Shown piece by piece: positions 25,330-64,000 of a stretch of DNA of 64,000 bases; position 1 is the first letter of the stretch; each line of letters opens with the position of its first letter. The notes beneath the pieces were generated by a model that saw only the letters and a program-made list of their open reading frames with translations, was not told the origin of the DNA and did not search any database. The position numbers were made by a program, and so were the translations under genes. The DNA is from Macrostomum lignano (lineage: Eukaryota): the NCBI GenBank assembly GCA_002269645.1, contig NIVC01003856.1:1-64000 (forward strand), in the 5' to 3' direction.

Positions 25330-26121
25330 GGTTGTCAGAGCGGACTTTCGGACTTTTGCTCCCGAAACAAGTGGCTTGGCACGGTAAGCCGGTGGGAATG
25401 ATGAGAAATCTCTCTGCCCCCGGGCACTCCCTCTCTTCAAGCTCCACTGTCGCTACAGGCCCCGGGGTTACGTCTATGGCCAAAGCGTAGACTTATTCGC
25501 TGGCGCTGGTCAGATAATATATAAAAAGCCTGCTTGCACTTTTAGCTCGAGGGTACATCGGTTTCTAAAGTGCCTACTGACTGATTATATTTTGTGACGC
25601 TAAGCGCAGTAGTCATTTGATTTATGTTCCTCTGATACGTAAATCAACACTAAAATTTTAAAACCAAGCGGATCAAGAAAGCGATAAAAGACTTTTAAAT
25701 TTTTGGGACTAATGCTTGCCATAAGGATTATCCCGTTTAATTTGCCTGAAATGTGATACAGACCAATGGATAATTGTATTTTATCATACTGTAAAATTTC
25801 GTAAAGGCCGAACGTTATGGACCAGAGTTATAACCAGTTAGAAAATTTATAAGCCAAAGTTGTATCGAGTTAGAATTTTAAAGTTCATCTCGCATTTTGC
25901 AGCGCAGCCAGGATTTTCACTCAAAACGAGCCCATATAGTCTTTGCCATAGACCGCAATGAAATTATCCTGTACACTCAGTTCGATAAAGCCACGGCTCG
26001 CCACCAAATTCGCAGTCAATGGGTTCAATTTCTAGCCTCCCAGAAAGCGAGCCTTTAACCCTGCCGTAGGTCTAAGCCTCTTGAGCCGCAGCCCAGTGTA
26101 CGTTAACAACCTGCTTCAAGC

Positions 26122-27489
26122 ATGCGCGAGTGCATCTCCATCCACATCGGCCAGGCCGGTGTGCAGGTTGGCAACGCCTGCTGGGAGCTCTACTGCCTGG
26201 AGCACGGCATCCAACCCGACGGCGCGCTACTGGCAGGCCGGGAGAAGTGCGACGACTCGCAAGAGTCGTTTTTCTACCAGACCTCGTCTGGCCGCTACGT
26301 TCCCAGGGCCGTGTTCGTGGACCTGGAGCCCACCGTAATTGACGAGGTTCGCTGCGGCACCTACCGCCAGCTGTTTCATCCGGAGCAGCTGATCTCCGGC
26401 AAGGAGGACGCCGCCAACAACTACGCTCGCGGACAGTACACCATCGGCAAGGAGGTGATTGGCTATGTGCGGGAGGTCATCAACCGTCAGGTAGAAAACT
26501 GCTCTGGTCTGCAGGGTTTCATCGTCTTTCACTCCTTTGGCGGCGGCACAGGATCAGGATTCACCTCGCTGCTGATGGACCGGCTGTCTTCAGAGTACGG
26601 CCGGAAGCCGAAACTAGAAATGGCCATTTACCCGGCTCCGCAGGTGTCCACAGCCGTGGTAGAGCCCTACAACTCCATCCTGTGCATGCACGGAACCATC
26701 CGCCACTCCGACTGCGGCATGATTGTTGATAACGAAGCTATCTACGACATCTGCAGAAAAAGCCTGGATATAGAGAGGCCCACGTACACGAATTTGAACC
26801 GACTCGTCGCACAAGTCATGTCCTCGATTACCGTTTCATTGCGATTCGACGGCTCAATAAACGTGGACATTGCCGAGTTTCAAACCAATCTGGTGCCCTA
26901 CCCGAAGATCCACTTCCCTCTGGCCACCTACTCTCCGATCATCACGACTGAGAAGGCAAGTCACGAGCAGCTCAAAGTTACCGAGATTACCAACGCGTGC
27001 TTCGAACCGTCGAATCAAATGGTAAAGTGCGATCCTCGGCATGGCAAGTACATGGCCTGCTGTCTGCTCTACAGAGGCGACATCAGCTGCAAGGAAGTTT
27101 CAGAGGCTATCCAGAAGATCAAGAACAAGCGAGAGATTCAGTTTGTTGACTGGTGTCCGACCGGCTTCAAAGTCGGCATAAGCTACCAACCGCCAACCAC
27201 AGTACCAGGCGGTGACCTCGCGAAAGTGCCTCGAGCGGTCTGCATGTTGAGCAACACCACCGCCATCGCTGAGGCATGGGACCGACTGGCCTACAAGTTC
27301 GACCTCATGTACTCAAAACGCGCCTTCGTGCATTGGTACGTCGGCGAGGGCATGGAAGAGGGCGAGTTCGCCGAGGCCCGCGAGGACCTGGCCGCTATGC
27401 AGAAGGACTACGAAGAGGTCGGAGTGGACAGCGTAGAGGGCGAGGAGGAGGAGGTCGAGGAGAATGATCGGGATGCGGAAGCCGACTGA
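26122..27489 (+). CDS. Divergent alpha-tubulin 2 (455 aa, intronless)
   Basis: MRECI start, [18 protein letters not shown], full alpha-tubulin fold, tail [15 protein letters not shown]. Confidence 0.97.
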   Translation: MRECISIHIGQAGVQVGNACWELYCLEHGIQPDGALLAGREKCDDSQESFFYQTSSGRYVPRAVFVDLEPTVIDEVRCGTYRQLFHPEQLISGKEDAANNYARGQYTIGKEVIGYVREVINRQVENCSGLQGFIVFHSFGGGTGSGFTSLLMDRLSSEYGRKPKLEMAIYPAPQVSTAVVEPYNSILCMHGTIRHSDCGMIVDNEAIYDICRKSLDIERPTYTNLNRLVAQVMSSITVSLRFDGSINVDIAEFQTNLVPYPKIHFPLATYSPIITTEKASHEQLKVTEITNACFEPSNQMVKCDPRHGKYMACCLLYRGDISCKEVSEAIQKIKNKREIQFVDWCPTGFKVGISYQPPTTVPGGDLAKVPRAVCMLSNTTAIAEAWDRLAYKFDLMYSKRAFVHWYVGEGMEEGEFAEAREDLAAMQKDYEEVGVDSVEGEEEEVEENDRDAEAD

Positions 27490-27929
27490 CAGTCCAGTCA
27501 CATTTCCCCCAAAACAGCACCGCTACTGGTGTACCGACTGTCACCTCCCTCATTTCTTTATATTGTACCACCTGCAATACTCTGTTAAACAGTATGCTTT
27601 TGGTAAAGCTAATCCACTATTTATACACTTTCGTTACTTTGAATTAACGCATTTTGTATTGGTAAAGATGCATTACGGAACTGCACCCTATCATTAAACA
27701 CTGTCAACGGCTATCAATGCGCCGGTATTTAATAAAAGTGTACGAAATATTGCCGTCTGGTTTCGAACAAAAATGAAAGACAAATATTTATAAAAGATGA
27801 AAAATCTTGTGCATCGCGCATCGTCTACTGTCTCTTTTTTTTCTATGCGGAGTTTCTGCGGAAGCTCTTGTGCTCCTGCACTCGTCAAAGGAGAATTCGC
27901 ATTGCCATTGAATTTTCTACCACTTGAGT

Positions 27930-28742
27930 GATTTTTTGCAGGCACCATTTGAGATGCAGGCGTCAGTCTCGATGACGATCTTTCAAGAGCATACCGTAGT
28001 GAGGCCAGGTTGGCAGTCAACTGACTGGAGGCTTCTTTCTACACCAATGCAGCAACTCGCTGAGCTGCGCAGGCAGCCGCAACTTGTCACTAGGTCTAGC
28101 CGTCCGGCTCGCCAACGTTAGCAGTGAGCGAGTAGAAGCCTGGCCTTTCCTGGTCACATTTATAACCCAGGACAGCTTGCCGCATATCCGCTGAACGTTG
28201 CGATTGCTGATGGCGCGCTGATGCCCGCATCTCCGCAGTGCGTCTCCGAGTGCATTGAGTTTGGCAGGGCTCTATCTCTATCTCTCATTCTTCAGGTACA
28301 TGTCGCTGCTCTAAAGTCATCCTACACAAACTCGTAGTGCACAGAAAGCTTTGAATAAGTGGGCCGGCTCAAATTCGCAAGTCAAAAGGCACGCAACCCA
28401 GCAAAGAGAGACAAAGCAACGCACGGGCTAAAAAGCTACCCTCCCCCAATGCCGATGCGCACCCAAACAGACGCATGCCGACGCCACCCCAAACGCGGGA
28501 GTGGCAGCAAGTACCCCCGATCCCGCTAACAGTGATTGGTCAGCCAATCTACACTTCAGGTTCAGGGTGTCCGCTTCTGACATGACCACTTTGTCACACT
28601 GATCACCCTCGCGTTCAAGTGAAGCCAGACCCGAGCCCTGACACAAATCTCCCAAACGCCTTATCAGGTAATCCTTACCAGAGAGGCGCTTCGCTCCCCA
28701 GGAAGCGGCACGAGCCAGTGTCACTTTGGATATTTCATGCAA
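27930..28742 (-). mobile_element. Probable decayed DIRS/Ngaro-type retrotransposon fragment (RT to RNase H)
   Basis: Minus frame 28265-28017 reads ..NRNVQRICGKLSWVINVTRKGQASTRSLLTL..LRLPAQLSELLHW, like the DIRS pattern LQ.L.GKL.F....GR.F.R.L...RL....L.WW. IETDAC at 27973-27956 resembles the RNase H xTDAS motif. PAFGVASAC near 28490 resembles the RT LPFG motif. Stops and frameshifts are present. Confidence 0.5.
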
Positions 28743-30014
28743 GTTTTAGGCTCATTCATTTCTTATTTATGTTGTGAGCTGCGCCTCGCAATGCCCTTGC
28801 CCCGACCTCTGCGCTCTCCGCCCCTCCTCTCCCTGCCACTGGTTTTTTCTGGCTTGCCCCCTCCGTCTAAAGCTGCTATTCATTTTTTGTTCTCATTTTC
28901 ATCAGCCCACATTTTCATTGGCTGGCGTATTTTCATCTCTCTCTCGCGTGGGATAGTCCAATCATGTATCTCGCCGCGGAGGCACCTGATTGGCTAGCCT
29001 TCCCTCTCGCCCTTCAACTCTGTTGAGTTTTGCCCCCACCCCAGTCCCCTGCTCAGTGCTCACCCAGTATTTATGTGCGCGCGCGGCCCTCGCCCGGCTC
29101 TCGCCCTCCTGCTCTCTCTCTACCACTCTAGCTCTACACGTGCTTGGGTGAAAGTGAAGCTTGAAATTGAAATACAGTCAGCTGAGGCTGAGATATTAGA
29201 GGCCACGCCTGCATGAGCGCGACAAGTGACCCAGCCCGGTAAGACAGCGTTCGCTTCCGTTAATTTGTCCCGTCTTCATTATTCACCTCTCTCGCCACCG
29301 TCTTCCTTCGGGTCTGCGAAGTGTCTGCACGCCTCCAGACCCGTGCTCACCTCTGCTGTTGCTGCTGAGTGGCTACCTGCTCACAGCCTCCTCATCTGCA
29401 TCTCCCTCTCTCCGTGGGGCTGGCCGAGTGTCTGTACGCTCCCAGCCTCTCCACCTCCACCTCGAAGTGTCCGTACGCCTCGGGGGTCGCCACTCTTTCG
29501 CCTATCCCACCCGGCAAGCTCTGGGCAGTCCAGTACCCGAACCCCTGATCGCCCCGTCTGCGGTCCGCACGGACGGAAGCAGAAAATACAACATTTACTC
29601 GTAGAACACCTCAAACAAATTTAGCAAAACATCGGCCTGTTGCATTAGATCTCATTTTTTTTTAACTGAATATAAACCTTGTATGGTCGAAGCAATGCCA
29701 TCGAAGCAATGCACCTCCCGAGCTTAACCTTCGGGCATTTTTCGGGCTCCATCGCTGGCTTTGGCTTTTTCATGATCCATTACTAGAAAGCTATTTTGTG
29801 ACTTTTTCTAGCTACGTTCTTATCAGCTGAACAATATGGTCTGGTGCACTTCTGCCTCTATGTACGCAAAATATTGACGCAAAACTCTTTTTTCAAACGC
29901 AATAAGTGCATAGTTGATGTGCGTTTATTCTCGCCCATATGACAAAAAACTTCGACGAAAAAATAGCAATGATATTGTTGATACAAAATATATTAAATAA
30001 AAAAGATAGCAGCT

Positions 30015-31379
30015 TTAGTCATCGCCATCCTTCTCCATTTCCTCGACCTCCTCCTCCTCGCCCTCTACGCTGTCCACTCCGACCTCTTCGTAGTCCTTCT
30101 GCATAGCGGCCAGGTCCTCGCGGGCCTCGGCGAACTCGCCCTCTTCCATGCCCTCGCCGACGTACCAGTGCACGAAGGCGCGCTTCGAGTACATGAGGTC
30201 GAACTTGTAGGCCAGCCGGTCCCAGGCCTCAGCGATGGCGGTGGTGTTGCTCAGCATGCAGAGCGATCGCTGCACTTTCGCGAGGTCACCGCCAGGTACT
30301 GTGGTAGGCGGCTGGTTGTTGATGCCGACCTTGAAGCCTGTCGGGCACCAGTCAACGAACTGAATCTCTCGCTTGTTCTTGATCTTCTGGATGGACTCGT
30401 TGACCTCCTTCGACGAGACATCGCCTCTGTAGAGCAGACAGCAGGCCATGTACTTGCCGTGCCGAGGATCGCACTTTACCATCTGACTGGACACTTCAAA
30501 ACAGGAGTTAGTAATCTCTCCAACGCTGAGCTGCTCGTGGTTTGCTTTGTCAGTAGATATTATCGGCGCCAGCGTCGCCAAAGGGAAGTGGATTTTTGGG
30601 TAGGGCACCAGATTAGTTTGAAACTCGGACAGGTCAACGTTCAGTGAACCTTCAAATCGCAATGACGCCGTTACTGAGGAGACAACCTGGCCGACAAGCC
30701 GGTTTAGGTTTGTGTACGTTGGTCTCTCAATGTCTAAGTTCTTCCGGCAGATGCTGTAGATAGCTTCGTTGTCCACAATAACAGTGCAGTTGGCGTGCGA
30801 AATCGTGCCGTGATTGCAAAGGATTGCGTTCATTGGCTCCACAACAGCCGTAGAAATTTGCGGCGCAGGGTAGATAGAAAACTGAAGCTTGGAGCGCTTG
30901 CCGTACTCAGAGGAGAGTTTTTCCATCAGAAGGGAGGTGAAGCCGGCGCCGGTGCCGCCACCAAACGAGTGAAAGACAATGAAACCCTGCAGACTGCTGC
31001 AGCTTTCGACCAATTTGCTCAAGTAGTCTCGTACCGGAGTGATTATTTCCTTGCCCACCGTATATTGACCCCGGGCGTAGTTGTTGGCGGCGTCCTCCTT
31101 GCCCGAGATGAGCTGCTCCGGATGAAACAGCTGGCGGTAGGTCCCGGTGCGCACCTCGTCGACCACGGTGGGCTCCAGGTCCACGAATAGCGCTCGTGGA
31201 ACATATCTTCCAGAGCTGGTTTCAGAGAAAAATGGTTCGCTCGTATTGTCGCACTTGCTCATACCCGCCAGCATCATGCCGTCGGGTTGGATGCCGTGCT
31301 CCAGGCAGTAGAGCTCCCAGCAGGCGTTGCCGATCTGGATGCCAGCCTGGCCAATGTGAATGGAGATGCACTCGCGCAT
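30015..31379 (-). CDS. Divergent alpha-tubulin 3 (454 aa, intronless)
   Basis: MRECI start at 31379, [18 protein letters not shown], tail [14 protein letters not shown]. Confidence 0.97.
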   Translation of the reverse strand: MRECISIHIGQAGIQIGNACWELYCLEHGIQPDGMMLAGMSKCDNTSEPFFSETSSGRYVPRALFVDLEPTVVDEVRTGTYRQLFHPEQLISGKEDAANNYARGQYTVGKEIITPVRDYLSKLVESCSSLQGFIVFHSFGGGTGAGFTSLLMEKLSSEYGKRSKLQFSIYPAPQISTAVVEPMNAILCNHGTISHANCTVIVDNEAIYSICRKNLDIERPTYTNLNRLVGQVVSSVTASLRFEGSLNVDLSEFQTNLVPYPKIHFPLATLAPIISTDKANHEQLSVGEITNSCFEVSSQMVKCDPRHGKYMACCLLYRGDVSSKEVNESIQKIKNKREIQFVDWCPTGFKVGINNQPPTTVPGGDLAKVQRSLCMLSNTTAIAEAWDRLAYKFDLMYSKRAFVHWYVGEGMEEGEFAEAREDLAAMQKDYEEVGVDSVEGEEEEVEEMEKDGDD

Positions 31380-32479
31380 GGTCAACGAGTATTTCGATTT
31401 TAGCTGCAAAAAGCTAAATGAATCGCTGCCCAGCTGCCGTTTCAAAGTCTCTTAACCCTCTCATTTTCTTGTATTTTCGCGAGCCTTATCAGAGTGGTCC
31501 TGGCGGGTACAGTCTTTGTTTAAGTCTATGGCCGAAACCCCCTTTCTTTTCTTTGCTTTGTACTGAAGTTCTCTGCTAGCACACTAAAGTGCATTTGCAA
31601 CTTTAAAAAATAAATTCATGATTAACATGATTCATTGAAGTGCTACAATATTATGCAATGCCAAAACTTAAGCGTCTGTATAGGTTACGTCTGAAATAAA
31701 AACTCAAAAATACATGTATATGTACTACTCGATAGTAGAAAACTGTCTTTCCAACAAAAACGTCTTGTAAATGAGCCCTTCGATCACAGAATATCACAGC
31801 CCTTCGATAGACTGGCTCTGTATATAAGGTTTTCAAATTCCGACCGATCTTGAAAAGTTTCAGGTGCATCAGATGTCATTCATAACTGCTGTATAGTACT
31901 ACATGTATAGCTGAGCCTAATGTATAGCTGCAGACTGAAGTGTACAAAGGCCCAGAACCTGAGTCAGAGAGAAAGGTGTCAGTCAGTGGTGCAGCGAGCC
32001 TGGCCGCGGCGGAGTCCCTCACAGGTTGCCTGAGCAGCAGACGGGAGGGATTCCTAGATGCTATAATTTTGTGGATGCACATAACACATGCATATTGCAT
32101 ACTCTAATGCACCAATTTAGTCTAAAATTTCGAAAGTTAAGGTTCACTCTTCATTAAAAGTGTTGTGAAGTATGAAATCTGTGAATAAGATAAAGAAGTA
32201 AAACTAAATAATTAGGAAGCGGAACCAACTTTATTATACTCGATTATTTATTTTCCATTTGCATTTTCCATGAACTACACCCCAAAAAGTTTCCGCTTGA
32301 TGTCCCAAAACCAATCTACTAAAATTGAAGTCTGTACTGTAGTACATGTATTGTAATTGTTAGACACATTGTATTATGTATTAATCATACATAATATGCT
32401 AGATTAGACACGCTTAAATAATTTTCTAAATTACCATTTCTCACTTTTGCTTTAAAGTAACCGTTGTCATGACTTTGTA

Positions 32480-63365
<30,886 letters not shown>

Positions 63366-64000
63366 GCCGCTGGTTTGATGTTTTTAGCCTTCAAACTGGT
63401 TTTTAACCTTCTTTTCCCTCGCTTTCTTACCATTGTATTTCAACAGGGTTATGTTCAAGCCTACTTAAGTCTTTATTAAGGCCACAAAAAAGTTTATTGC
63501 CTAAGCAGTCCCCTGAAATCCCGGCTCTCTTTGGGGTGCCGAACTTCTGTCTATGGCCAAAACCGGAAAACCGCGGCAGTGTGCTCAATACTGACGAGGC
63601 CGCCGCTTCCAGTTCTCATGAAATCCCAGTCTCACGCCTCCGTGTCTGGTGTTCGCCCCGCTCCACTATTTAACCAGGAAATCGTTTATTTTATTACTCT
63701 TTTAACCAAGAATTGTTTTCGAATTTTTCAATAGAATATTGTTTAACTGACAATATTAATTGCTTGCGGATTTGGCTGGCTTTGTAAGCCCCCCCCCCCC
63801 AGCCTCTCTGCTCAGTATTCCCGGCTAGGCGCCCAGTGTTAATCAGCTGTTTCTGTGGCGAAGTTTTAGTTCAGTACAATCAGCTTTTGTTAAGCGTATT
63901 TCTATGCACGTGAAGCATCCGTGATTTTGCTCAGATATTTGTCGGCACTCCTGTACCCAATATTATATTTGAGCATTATATATTTACTAAATTGTAACAA

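Noticed and set aside
25330-25440. N-terminal extensions of tubulin 1 (and 31380-31445 for tubulin 3)
   Set aside because: They begin at non-ATG codons. Alpha-tubulins start at MREC.

Overview
Eukaryotic (metazoan) genomic DNA with GC-rich exons, GT-AG introns and introns packed with minisatellites. The style suggests a free-living flatworm such as Macrostomum, but that is inference only. Genes in order: a radial spoke head protein RSPH4/6 (+, 6 exons, one apparent frameshift), a single-exon TMEM272-like membrane protein (+), an ER cyclophilin (+, 3 exons, signal peptide, RTEL end), NF-YB (-), INPP5E (+, 8 exons, CaaX end), three intronless and strongly divergent alpha-tubulins (-,+,-), and a ~31 kb 21-exon DOCK-D/zizimin Cdc42 GEF (+, about 2133 aa) that lacks the usual PH domain. 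A DOCK intron holds a nested antisense gene mostly missed by the ORF track. It encodes AT-hook + poly(QH/QP) + Brinker-type HTH + a PLNLS CtBP-like motif. Mobile DNA includes a young, internally deleted DD34D mariner with perfect 198-bp TIRs inserted into a minisatellite, a hAT/Charlie-like MITE, two CORE-like tRNA-SINE copies, a decayed tRNA-Glu-like sequence and a probable DIRS-type RT/RNase H remnant. The strongest leads are the nested Brinker-like repressor and the tubulin trio (K40 loop remodelled, no C-terminal Tyr, homogenised 3' ends, shared upstream motif). Exon coordinates were derived by hand from splice signals and phase consistency. Family assignments are from remembered motifs, not database searches. 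No CRISPR or prokaryotic systems are present.
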